Shown here: piece by piece, positions 7,967 to 16,217 of the stretch
How positions within the stretch are numbered: the first letter of the stretch is position 1
Layout of the letters: the number at the start of each line of letters is the position of its first letter
Source of the DNA: Polyangiales bacterium
GTDB taxonomy: Bacteria; Myxococcota_A; Polyangia; Polyangiales; Houyiibacteriaceae
Direction of reading: 5' to 3'
DNA: 16,254 bases
NCBI GenBank assembly: GCA_045106895.1
Contig: JBGCFM010000244.1
Span: 1 to 16,254, forward strand
Position numbers and translations under genes: made by a program
The notes under the pieces: model-generated
Database searches by the model: none
Told to the model about the DNA's origin: nothing
The model's input: the letters and a program-made list of their open reading frames with translations, nothing else

Positions 7967-10045
7967 CTATAGACTCACGCCGAAGCGCTCGATGGACTGC
8001 GTCCTTGCAACACGCACGGCGATAGGGTTGAGCCCCGTCGCACTTCCAAAGAACACGAAAATTCCGTCCTCGTCTGTGGCACTCACCGCCGCATCTCCGA
8101 AACCATCGTCGTTGAGGTCAAAGCCGTAAGACACGGCAGAGCCTCGCCGGTTGCATTCGTTGATACAAGGAAGGTTGAGCTCGACACGTGGGCCCAGGCC
8201 CGTGCTGCTTCCCAGGCTGAGGGCAGCGATACCCGGCGAGTCTGGGCTCGATTGGACGTCGCCCATCACCGCGTCCGACGCACCGTCGCCGCTAATGTCT
8301 GCCAAGCCCAGGGCTTGATAGTCGAAAGCGAACGCCCCGCCGGCGGCGCCCGGAATCAGCACAGAGGGCTCGACTCCACCAGCATTTCCCGCGACAAACG
8401 TCGAACCCGCGCCAGTGGCGCTGATGAAATCCGCAAAGCCGTCTTCGTTGACGTCGCCGACGAAGAAGTAAGGCCTGCTCGTCAGCGGGGCGGATGTTGT
8501 TGCGACAAGCATCGAGCTGCGGCCCGCATAGTAGGAGTTGCCCGTGAGGATGTCGGCGCGCCCATCTTCGTTGACATCGGCGCAGGTCGAGAGGCGCCCC
8601 GGGATCTGCACAACCAGCACGGGAATGATCCCATCGGCGCCACCGGCGTATACGAAGGTTCCGCCGGTGGCTTCGACGGCAAGATCCGCGAAGCCATCGG
8701 CGTCAAAGTCCGCAATGCACAAAGAACGGCCAAAGAAGTCGTTGAGTCCACTCGACGGAGGCGCCTCGATGGGCGTTTGCTGAACGAGTCCGCCAGCGCT
8801 GCCCAAGTAGGGGACCACCGTTCCAAAACCGCGATCGGACTCCGCCCCGATGACAGCGTCCGCGAACCCGTCGCCGTTGATATCTCCCACGTATGACGAC
8901 ACGCCAAAACTACTCGTTCGATCGGGAAGCGGTGTTGTGAGCTCTTGGACCGCCGAGAAGGCCCCGGCTGCATACTCGAAGACAGTGGCGTGTCCGAAGT
9001 ACCCGACGATGAGCTCGTCGACGCCGTCTCCATCGAAGTCCGAGGGGCCGCCGCGATCAAAATACCGATAGTCGCTCCACTCGCCGCACTCATCGTTGAC
9101 GCGACACGCGCGGATTCGCCACCGGTAGCGGCTGCTTGCCGGAAAAGTGAGGTCACCGGAGAGAGAAAGGTTGAACTCTGGTTCAGGGACATTTCCGCCG
9201 AAGATCTCCCGAGGACAAAGCTCGTCCATGGCGGCGGGACATGCATTGACGGTTTCGACGGCGTAGTAGTCGGCGCCCGCCACCGGAGCCCAGCGAAGCG
9301 TGACGCTCTCCGCGGGCCCTGTGACCGCGCCGCTTTGAGGCCACAAGAGCGTAGCAACCTCCAACGGTTCTGGGCCGGCGTCGAAGACATCGGCGGGTCC
9401 AGCGTCCGTCATCGGCATCGCATCGAAGGAAGCGTCCACCGGCGAGGGAAGCGCAAGGCAGCCAGCCTCCGGCGAGCAGTAGAAACCGATATCACACGCC
9501 CCCACAGTCGGCGCGTATAGGCAGAGCGTGTCAATACAGCGACGCGTCGAGCAGGCGTCGAGAATGGGGCAGTCGTTGTCGACGATACACTCCGGTTCGG
9601 GACAGGATGGCTCCGTGCCGTCGATGCATTCGGGTTCCGTGCAGCGACCGCCGAAGCAAGCCGTCGCGGCCGCCGCTCCGGCTCCTGGGCACATGACTCC
9701 GGCGCAGTCGCGCGCGAGCGTCAACGTCAGGCCGCGGTCTTCGCGGTGATCCACCAGAGCGCTTCTTTCGGCGACGACGGCGCCGAACTCATCGACGAGC
9801 GCCACGCTCACGGTCCGAGCGCCGTTCGCTTCGAGGCCCTCAAAGTCCACCGCCCGTTGACCGCTCAAGTAATCGCCGGCGGCGCCGACGGTGCTCATAT
9901 TGGCTTCGCCCACGAGGGTGACGCGAACCGCAGCGAACTCGGGACCGGGAACGAAGTCGGTTTTGACGTCGACGGAGAGTGCGAGGCCCTCGGTGCAGCC
10001 CGCCAGCGCAAGGAGCGCGAAAATGCTTCGTCGGACCCAGTGCAT
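7967..10045 (-). CDS. Lipoprotein with Cys-rich region and FG-GAP/VCBS repeats (integrin-alpha-like propeller)
   Basis: The ORF track starts at 10063; ATG 10045 gives MHWVRRSIFALLALAG-C. Repeated DFDGDGVDELIVG, GDINGDGFADAVIGA, ADFDADGFADLAV, DVNEDG and DLNDDGFGDAAV Ca-binding motifs. Confidence 0.88.
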   Translation of the reverse strand: MHWVRRSIFALLALAGCTEGLALSVDVKTDFVPGPEFAAVRVTLVGEANMSTVGAAGDYLSGQRAVDFEGLEANGARTVSVALVDEFGAVVAERSALVDHREDRGLTLTLARDCAGVMCPGAGAAAATACFGGRCTEPECIDGTEPSCPEPECIVDNDCPILDACSTRRCIDTLCLYAPTVGACDIGFYCSPEAGCLALPSPVDASFDAMPMTDAGPADVFDAGPEPLEVATLLWPQSGAVTGPAESVTLRWAPVAGADYYAVETVNACPAAMDELCPREIFGGNVPEPEFNLSLSGDLTFPASSRYRWRIRACRVNDECGEWSDYRYFDRGGPSDFDGDGVDELIVGYFGHATVFEYAAGAFSAVQELTTPLPDRTSSFGVSSYVGDINGDGFADAVIGAESDRGFGTVVPYLGSAGGLVQQTPIEAPPSSGLNDFFGRSLCIADFDADGFADLAVEATGGTFVYAGGADGIIPVLVVQIPGRLSTCADVNEDGRADILTGNSYYAGRSSMLVATTSAPLTSRPYFFVGDVNEDGFADFISATGAGSTFVAGNAGGVEPSVLIPGAAGGAFAFDYQALGLADISGDGASDAVMGDVQSSPDSPGIAALSLGSSTGLGPRVELNLPCINECNRRGSAVSYGFDLNDDGFGDAAVSATDEDGIFVFFGSATGLNPIAVRVARTQSIERFGVSL

Positions 10046-10104
10046 GAGCCCATCGTACCCCAAGAATGCGTGAGAGCGTAATCCTGGGCATTGGACGCCC
10101 TCAT

Positions 10105-10136
10105 AAGAAAGGGGCCTCCGGATATCCGAAAGCCCC
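10105..10136 (-). terminator. Rho-independent terminator
   Basis: Minus strand GGGGCTTTCGG-ATAT-CCGGAGGCCCC-TTTCTT, downstream of the stop at 10158. Confidence 0.75.
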
Positions 10137-10157
10137 AGTCATCGCCGCTCGGTCTTC

Positions 10158-12173
10158 TCAGAAGAAGGAGATGAGCACTTGGCCATTGCCGGTGCCGACG
10201 CCGGCGCTGTTGGCTTGGTCGCGCCCTGCATTGTAAGAGCCGCCGCCGCCGCCCGCCGCGTATTCACTCGGGGTCACTTCCGCGCCGCCTCCGCCGCCGG
10301 AGTAGCCGCCACCGCCGCCGCCGCCGACAGCGCCGCAGCGAGCGTTGCCGCCTCCGCCGCCGCCAAACCCACCGGGTGCCGCGTTCGATCCGGAGCCGCC
10401 GCCGGAACCGCCGGCTCCGCCCTCCAGGGGTCGTGTGCCACCGACGGAGTCCGTCGTGCAACTATGGTCAGTGCCGTCATTGCCGTTGAAGAGCCACCCT
10501 GCGCCGCCTGCCGCGTAATTGGTGGCGTCCGATGGAGCTGTGCCGCCTCTTCCGCCGAATCCGCCGCCGGTGGCGCCGCTTCGGCCCGGCGTGCCGTCTT
10601 CACCAATGGAAGCGTTCACGCCGTCCATATTCGCCCGCGGCGTGACGTCGGAGTAACCCGCGCCGCCTCCGCCGCCGGCCGCAATGAAGAGAGAATCGTC
10701 GGAATCCCAGACGAAGGAAGCGCCGCCGCCGCCGCCGACAAAAGTCCCGGTGGAGCCCTGTTGAGCGACGAGGACGTTGATCTCCTGTCCAGGCGTCACG
10801 TCGAAAACGCCTCGCATGCTGGCGCCAAGCCCGGGCGAGCCGTCGGCGCCTCGCGTGTTGTCGCCGCCGGCCGCGCCGATAGCCGTGATGATAACTCCGT
10901 TGATGCCCGCGGGAACCGTGAAGCCTTCAATGGCGCCGGTGTAATCGAAGGTGAGGCTCACAGCGACGCAGTTACGGTCTTCGCTACTCGAGGGAGTGTT
11001 GCTCGCGCTCTCCCCGGGTGCACATGTGGACCAAGGGGTACAGCTCGCTTCGTTTTCCGTCGCCGTAAAGGTACCTCTTCCGCAGCCTGCGCAAGTTCGG
11101 TCGCTTGTGCTCGTGCCTGCGGTGTCCACGGAGGTGCCGGCTTCGCAGTCCGTGAAGGCCGTGCACGAAGGCGCGTTCACCGTCGTGCTGTAACCGTCTG
11201 CGCAAACAGCGCAGCTCTGGTCGGTGGTGCTGGTACCGGCAACGGAGATGAACGAACCCGCGGCACATGCCGTGTAAGGCGTGCAGCTCGCTGCGTTCGC
11301 CTCTGTGCTGAAGGTTCCAGCCATGCACATCATGCAGACACGGTCCATCGTCGCGCTTCCGTCGTCGGCGAACTCGCCTGCAACACACTCCGTGAAGGGG
11401 ACACACGCTGCCGCGTTCGGCTCCGCGCTAAAGCTGCCGTCGGCGCACATATCACACGCGCGATCGGTGGTGGCGTCGCCTTCCGCCGTAACGAAACTGC
11501 CCGCTGCACAGATGGTTCGGTCGACACACGCCGTCGACGAGTCCGCATCGTGGTCCCACGTGCCACCTTCGCAGGCGACGCGAGGCATGTCGGCGCCTGC
11601 GCAGTATTCACCGGCTTCGCAAGCCTCGCAGGTTGGGGGCGTCGTCGAGGTCCCAGGCTCCGTCTGAACCGTGCCCGCCGCGCACTCTTCGATCTCGACG
11701 CACATCGACTGGTTTTCGCCGGAAGTGGTCGTTCCCGGCTCGCACTCAGTGCAAGCACGGTCCGTCGTAGCGCTTGGCTCCGTCATCACCAGGCTGCCGA
11801 CGGCGCACGTCGTCCATTCGGTGCACTCGGTGGCGTTCGCGTCCGCGCTGAAGGTTCCGCTCTCGCACCCTTCGCAGGTCTGGTCGCTGGTGTCGCTGCC
11901 CGCAATAGAGACGAACTCCCCGGCGGCGCATTCGGTCCACGCAACACACGGCGTCGCTGCATCGTCGTCGTCGTCGTAGGTTCCTTCGGCGCACATGCTT
12001 GGCCCTGCGTCGCCGGGTCCGCTGTCGCCAGGTCCGCCGTCAGTCATGCCCGCGTCGCCGAGTGACGCGTCGCTGTCATCGAAAGGGTCGTCACCACACG
12101 CCAAAAGCGTGACGGTCAACAACACCAACAACATTCTGAAACCGATGACCCTGCGTCCCGATTTTCTCTTCAT
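10158..12173 (-). CDS. Lipoprotein with about eight TNFR-like Cys-rich repeats and a C-terminal ALK/LTK-type glycine-rich domain
   Basis: ATG 12173 is preceded by GGGGAG (the ORF track starts at 12248); lipobox TLLA-C. Repeats of about 41 aa CxxGxF...GxxTxDxxCxxCxxGTFS.....CxxWTxC. C-terminus FDYTGAIEGFTVPAG..AIGAAGG..GASMRGVF..GGGGASFV..IAAGGGGGA..GGGGGSY. Confidence 0.85.
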   Translation of the reverse strand: MKRKSGRRVIGFRMLLVLLTVTLLACGDDPFDDSDASLGDAGMTDGGPGDSGPGDAGPSMCAEGTYDDDDDAATPCVAWTECAAGEFVSIAGSDTSDQTCEGCESGTFSADANATECTEWTTCAVGSLVMTEPSATTDRACTECEPGTTTSGENQSMCVEIEECAAGTVQTEPGTSTTPPTCEACEAGEYCAGADMPRVACEGGTWDHDADSSTACVDRTICAAGSFVTAEGDATTDRACDMCADGSFSAEPNAAACVPFTECVAGEFADDGSATMDRVCMMCMAGTFSTEANAASCTPYTACAAGSFISVAGTSTTDQSCAVCADGYSTTVNAPSCTAFTDCEAGTSVDTAGTSTSDRTCAGCGRGTFTATENEASCTPWSTCAPGESASNTPSSSEDRNCVAVSLTFDYTGAIEGFTVPAGINGVIITAIGAAGGDNTRGADGSPGLGASMRGVFDVTPGQEINVLVAQQGSTGTFVGGGGGASFVWDSDDSLFIAAGGGGGAGYSDVTPRANMDGVNASIGEDGTPGRSGATGGGFGGRGGTAPSDATNYAAGGAGWLFNGNDGTDHSCTTDSVGGTRPLEGGAGGSGGGSGSNAAPGGFGGGGGGNARCGAVGGGGGGGYSGGGGGAEVTPSEYAAGGGGGSYNAGRDQANSAGVGTGNGQVLISFF

Positions 12174-12290
12174 TGAGCTCCCCCTGTGCAGTGAATTCGG
12201 GCCCAAGGCCCCTGCGGTATAATTACACAAGCACTGCGCGTTGCGCACCCCTTCTTGGGGAGTTTTGTCGGCGCCGCGACGAACGGAGTC

Positions 12291-13637
12291 TCACCGACGC
12301 GAAAGCGAAGGAAATGCGGATGTGATGAGCTCAGGGCTATCCGCGCGCCACACGCCAAGCGTCGCCGTCGGCGTTTCACTCGCCCATCGTCCCGTCGCCA
12401 CAGCGATGCGATACGGTCCCCAGTTCACCGGGGTTGTCCATTTAGGGCGGGTCAGCGCGCCGTAGTGCATGGCCGCAACCATCGCCGTCGGCTCTCCTTC
12501 CTCCTCGGGAAGCGCGACCCAGGTGCCGCCCTCCTCGCGGTGAAACGAAGAACTCAGTGGGAGCCGAAACGCGCCGCGCTGCTGCTCCGGCTCCCCAGCG
12601 GGATGAAGCCGTTCATACAAGAGCGGCCGCAGCGCCACGAGCCCCGGGGACATCGTCCTGGCCATGGAGTCGTTCTCGCGCGCCGCCCGCTCGCTCGGCG
12701 TCAGCTGGTCGTAGCCGTCGTATTGCCCAGGCCGATCGAAGGGTGCGCCATCCGCAGGCCAGTCCAGTTCACGCCGCGCGCCTTCTTCAAACACAGTAAT
12801 GGTGGTTCCCGTCACCACCATGCGCGACGGCGTGAGACCTTGAGCCATGTAGACGTCACATGGACGTTCGCTCTGGATGCTGTGCAGCGCTCTCGGCTCG
12901 AAGCTCGGCCCTTCGGAAGGAAGACGAAGCAACTCACAGGCTTCGGAGTACTGGTGCAGTATCGCGCCCTCCGCGCTCATGAACATCTGTCGGTCGGGTT
13001 CGTTGGAACGGAAGACGAAGTTCAGAGGCTGCCAGTCTTCCGGCGCAGCCCCAGCTTCTGCGTGGAGCACCGTCCCCTCCCGCTCTCGGGGCTCGTCACT
13101 CACGACGGCATAGACATGGCTTCCGCTTGCGACGACGCTACGGCAGGCCGCGACCCACTCCGGAAGTACGCCGAGGGACTCGACGCCTGCGCGTGTAAGC
13201 TGAAAGAGCCCGATGGTCTGTGCGTCGGGCGCACTCGGGCCTGCAAAGACGACGCGATGCCCATCCCCTTTCGCCGTCACCTCCGGCGCCCCCATGCTGC
13301 CCACGCCAAAAGGCGCAGGCCCCGGCAGCTCCACATGCCGCCACGCGTCTTCTTCCCAGATGAACGCGTGAGAGTCGTCGAGGACGGCGATGGAATCATC
13401 CAAACGCATCACGGCGGTGGGACGCCATCCGCTCAAGTCCGGGTGGTCTCGGCGAATTCCCGAGAGCGCCTCAAGCGCGGATCGTTGCGTGGCCCCTTCT
13501 TCCACGGCCGGCTCCGCCGGGAGCTGCACTTCGGACACACTCGCGGTCTGCTGGCTGCCGCCGCACCCAAGCGCCATAAGGGTGAGCGCCCACAGAGTGA
13601 GCGCCGGCGAAGTAAGCGTCGTCCAGGTTCGTTGCAT
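12291..13637 (-). CDS. Hypothetical lipoprotein (448 aa, probably beta-rich)
   Basis: 3' part of the 798-aa track ORF. ATG 13637 gives MQRTWTTLTSPALTLWALTLMALG-C (lipobox). The upstream part of the track ORF is the antisense shadow of the DUF819 gene. Confidence 0.72.
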   Translation of the reverse strand: MQRTWTTLTSPALTLWALTLMALGCGGSQQTASVSEVQLPAEPAVEEGATQRSALEALSGIRRDHPDLSGWRPTAVMRLDDSIAVLDDSHAFIWEEDAWRHVELPGPAPFGVGSMGAPEVTAKGDGHRVVFAGPSAPDAQTIGLFQLTRAGVESLGVLPEWVAACRSVVASGSHVYAVVSDEPREREGTVLHAEAGAAPEDWQPLNFVFRSNEPDRQMFMSAEGAILHQYSEACELLRLPSEGPSFEPRALHSIQSERPCDVYMAQGLTPSRMVVTGTTITVFEEGARRELDWPADGAPFDRPGQYDGYDQLTPSERAARENDSMARTMSPGLVALRPLLYERLHPAGEPEQQRGAFRLPLSSSFHREEGGTWVALPEEEGEPTAMVAAMHYGALTRPKWTTPVNWGPYRIAVATGRWASETPTATLGVWRADSPELITSAFPSLSRR

Positions 13638-13667
13638 TGTGTGCGACGATAGCCGATAGCTGCGTCC

Positions 13668-14912
13668 ATGGAGACTCCTCTCATCACCAACGACGCTGTC
13701 GTCCTCGGGATCCTCCTCGGTATCCTCGCGCTGATCTTCAAGACCAGCAGCAGCGAGCATCCGGCGCTCAAACGCTTTTACCGCTACTTCCCGGCGCTCC
13801 TGCTCTGCTACTTCGTGCCGGGGCTCCTCGGTACTCTCGGCGTCATCCCCCAGGATGGCTCCAAGCTCTACTTCGTGGCCTCGCGTTACCTCTTGCCCGC
13901 GAGCCTGGTCCTGCTGACCTTGTCCCTGGACCTCGGCGCCGTCCGGCGCCTCGGTGGCAAGCTCGTCCTGCTCTTCGCGACGGGCACCGTCGGCGTCATG
14001 ATCGGCGGCCCTATCGCGCTCCTCGTCGTCGGCGCCATCTCCCCGGAAACTGTGGGCGGCGAAGGTCCCGACGCCGTGTGGCGCGGGATGACCACCGTCG
14101 CCGGCAGCTGGATCGGCGGCGGCGCCAACCAAACCGCCATGAAAGAAGTCTTCGATGTGGGCGATGATGTCTTCTCGAGCTGGATCGCCGTCGACGTCAT
14201 CGTCGCCAACGTCTGGATGGCGCTGCTCCTCTACGGGGCCGGCATCGCGAAACGCATCGACGCGTGGACCGGCGCCGACACCTCCGCCATCGAGCGACTC
14301 AAAAGCAAAGTCGAGGAGTACCGGAAACAGCACGCGCGCATTCCCACCACCACAGACCTCTTCGCCATGCTCGGCGTCGGCTTCGGCTGTACCGCCTTCG
14401 CCCACTTTGGCGCCGACTTCCTTGGCCCCTTCTTTGAGAACAACTTGCCCGAGCTCGAACGCTTCAGCCTCACGAGCAAGTTCTTTTGGCTCATCGTCAT
14501 CGCAACGGGGCTTGGCGTCGCAGCTTCCTTCAGCCGCTTCCGAAGCCTGGAAGCCGCCGGCGCCTCCCGCGTCGGCACCGTCTTCCTCTACATCCTCGTC
14601 GCCACCATCGGCATGAAGATGAACTTGCTCTCCATCTTTGAGCGCCCGGGCATCTTCCTCGTCGGCCTCATCTGGATCGCTATTCACGCGCTGCTAATGC
14701 TCACCGTTGGCTACTTCGCCAAAGCGCCCTTCTTCTTCGTCGCCGTCGGCAGCCAGGCCAACATTGGCGGGGCCGCATCCGCGCCCGTTGTCGCGTCCGC
14801 GTTTCACCCTGTCCTCGCGCCCGTCGGCGTCATCATGGCGGTGCTTGGCTACGCCGTTGGGACCTACGCTGCGTGGATCTGCGGGCTCGTCATGCAGGCC
14901 ATCGGCAGCTGA
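13668..14912 (+). CDS. DUF819 family multi-pass membrane protein (putative transporter)
   Basis: 414 aa, very hydrophobic. Motifs GSWIGGGANQTAMKE and GSQANIGGAASAPVVA; strong C/G third-position bias. Confidence 0.88.
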   Translation: METPLITNDAVVLGILLGILALIFKTSSSEHPALKRFYRYFPALLLCYFVPGLLGTLGVIPQDGSKLYFVASRYLLPASLVLLTLSLDLGAVRRLGGKLVLLFATGTVGVMIGGPIALLVVGAISPETVGGEGPDAVWRGMTTVAGSWIGGGANQTAMKEVFDVGDDVFSSWIAVDVIVANVWMALLLYGAGIAKRIDAWTGADTSAIERLKSKVEEYRKQHARIPTTTDLFAMLGVGFGCTAFAHFGADFLGPFFENNLPELERFSLTSKFFWLIVIATGLGVAASFSRFRSLEAAGASRVGTVFLYILVATIGMKMNLLSIFERPGIFLVGLIWIAIHALLMLTVGYFAKAPFFFVAVGSQANIGGAASAPVVASAFHPVLAPVGVIMAVLGYAVGTYAAWICGLVMQAIGS

Positions 14913-15077
14913 GTTTCTCCACCAAGGGGCGTTCACGCGCTACAAATTCTAGCACCTAAAGTTGCAGTCGTCGGTTACGAAGCGCCGAAAAGCAGCCTTA
15001 CAAGGCTCAATCACGATTCAAATATGACACAGAAGGCTCCCCAGGCTTTCCCTTCAATCGCGAAACACAAGGGGACT

Positions 15078-15309
15078 TGAGCCTGAACCTGAACCTGAAG
15101 CTGAGCGCCGAACCAGAAACGGAGACGGAGACGGAGCCGGAGCCGGAGCGCCGTACCAGAACCTCAAACGGAGCCGGAACCGGAGCGCCGTACCAGAACC
15201 TGAGCCGGAGCCTGATCCTGAGCGCCGAACCTGAACCAGAACCAGACCTGAGCCGGAGCCTGAGCGCCGAACCTGAACCGGTAGCTGAACCGGTAGCGGA
15301 GTCACGGTC
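15078..15309. repeat. Degenerate hexamer array (DGARCC consensus) punctuated by five GAGCGCCGWACC anchors
   Basis: Units TGAGCC, TGAACC, GGAGCC, AGAACC, GGAGAC. Anchors at 15103, 15146, 15183, 15220 and 15262. Confidence 0.93.
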
Positions 15310-15473
15310 GGAGGGGTCTTCGTTTTCTTCAGACCCTTATGGCGCACATTCCGCGCCAGTGTTTTGTGGCGACTTGGGTGAGCACGAGTGTTTCTCTTTT
15401 GAGTTCGCGGCCTCAAAACGCTGTCACGGAATCTGCGCCGTGTAGGGGCAATGAAGAAAACGAAGACCCCTCC
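15310..15473. promoter_or_regulatory. 164-nt inverted repeat covering the leader and first codons of the four-helix-bundle gene
   Basis: 15310-15331 is the perfect reverse complement of 15452-15473 (22/22). 15341-15366 pairs with 15414-15439 (22/26). CCCTTA pairs with TAGGGG before the ATG. Confidence 0.85.
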
Positions 15474-15822
15474 TTTTGGTTCCAACAACTTTCGGGCGCT
15501 GGACGCGGCTTACTCATTGATATCCGCTTTGGCGCCGGTGGTCGTAGCCGTCGGTCGCCATGACCGCTCTCTCCGCGACCAACTCCGCCGTGCTGGCTCC
15601 AGCATTCCTCTGAACTTGGCCGAAGGCTACGGCCAAGCCGGCGGCCACGAAAAGCAACGCTTCCTCGCGGCCCTCGGCTCCGCCCGCGAAGTCGCTGCCA
15701 TCCTCGAAGTTGCGAAGCGCTGGGGCTACGTCTCCTCCGCGGATGCCGACGAGGCACTTCAAACCCTCGACGGCGTCACCGCGATGACCTACCGGCTGGT
15801 GCACCCGCGTACTCGCCGCTAG
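15451..15822 (+). CDS. Four-helix-bundle protein (23S rRNA IVS-encoded / Avd-like family), copy A
   Basis: 123 aa. Family signature LRDQLRRAGSSIPLNLAEGYG...RF..ALGSAREV; AGGGG before the ATG. Confidence 0.92.
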   Translation: MKKTKTPPFGSNNFRALDAAYSLISALAPVVVAVGRHDRSLRDQLRRAGSSIPLNLAEGYGQAGGHEKQRFLAALGSAREVAAILEVAKRWGYVSSADADEALQTLDGVTAMTYRLVHPRTRR

Positions 15823-15833
15823 GCTAGCAAAGC

Positions 15834-15860
15834 GAGCACCCGCGAATGTCGCGGGTGCTC
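15834..15860. terminator. Perfect 12-bp hairpin between the convergent paralogues (possible bidirectional terminator or processing site; no U-tract)
   Basis: GAGCACCCGCGA-atg-TCGCGGGTGCTC. Confidence 0.6.
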
Positions 15861-15869
15861 AAGTTCGTC

Positions 15870-16217
15870 TTAGCGATGAACGAGGCGGTACGTCATCGCT
15901 GCCACCGAATCGAGAAGCCGCGCCGCGTCTGCGGCGTCGGCGACAGACACATACTGCCAACGCCGCGCGACCTCGAGTATCGCCGTCACCTCGCGCGCGG
16001 AGCCAAGCGCCGTTGAGAAGCGCTGCTTCTTATGCCCGCCTTGCTGGCCGAAGCCTTCGGCGAGGTTGAGAGGAATGGAGGTCGCGGCACGCCGGAGTTG
16101 GTCCCGAAGCGACCGGTCATGCCGGCCGACGGCAGCCACCACCGGAACGAGAGCCGAGATGAGCTCATAAGAAGTATCGAGAACGCGAAAAGAAGGAGTG
16201 GGCTTGGTTGTTTTCAT
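15870..16217 (-). CDS. Four-helix-bundle protein, copy B
   Basis: 115 aa. LRDQLRRAATSIPLNLAEGFG...RF..ALGSAREV; 81/105 core residues identical to copy A by manual alignment. Confidence 0.92.
   Translation of the reverse strand: MKTTKPTPSFRVLDTSYELISALVPVVAAVGRHDRSLRDQLRRAATSIPLNLAEGFGQQGGHKKQRFSTALGSAREVTAILEVARRWQYVSVADAADAARLLDSVAAMTYRLVHR

Noticed and set aside
10179..12065. 628-aa plus-strand Ala/Arg-rich ORF
   Set aside because: Antisense to the Cys/Gly-rich lipoprotein gene, with no motifs; stop-free shadow frames are expected at high GC.
12255..13652. 465-aa plus-strand Arg-rich ORF
   Set aside because: Antisense shadow of the 12291-13637 lipoprotein gene, with unnatural composition.
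13638..14687. N-terminal 350 aa of the 798-aa minus-strand ORF
   Set aside because: It is the antisense shadow of the DUF819 gene; the credible start with a lipoprotein signal is at 13637.
14905..14925. CTCCACCA resembling a tRNA/tmRNA 3' end (att site)
   Set aside because: No T-arm (GTTCRA) or acceptor-stem pairing upstream; an 8-mer match is likely chance.
15078..15309. CRISPR array
   Set aside because: Anchors are only 12 nt, the intervening sequences are themselves hexamer repeats rather than unique spacers, and no cas genes are present.
15054..15488. ORFs 15054-15488 (-) and 15077-15445 (+) across the hexamer array
   Set aside because: Dipeptide runs (SG, EP, LN, RL) switch at each 13-nt anchor, as expected from translating a non-coding repeat. 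The KKTKTPP in the minus ORF only reflects the inverted copy of gene A's start.
15451..16217. Diversity-generating retroelement or 23S rRNA intervening sequence
   Set aside because: No reverse transcriptase, no TR/VR pair with adenine-specific differences and no rRNA sequence in the window. A DGR outside the window cannot be excluded.
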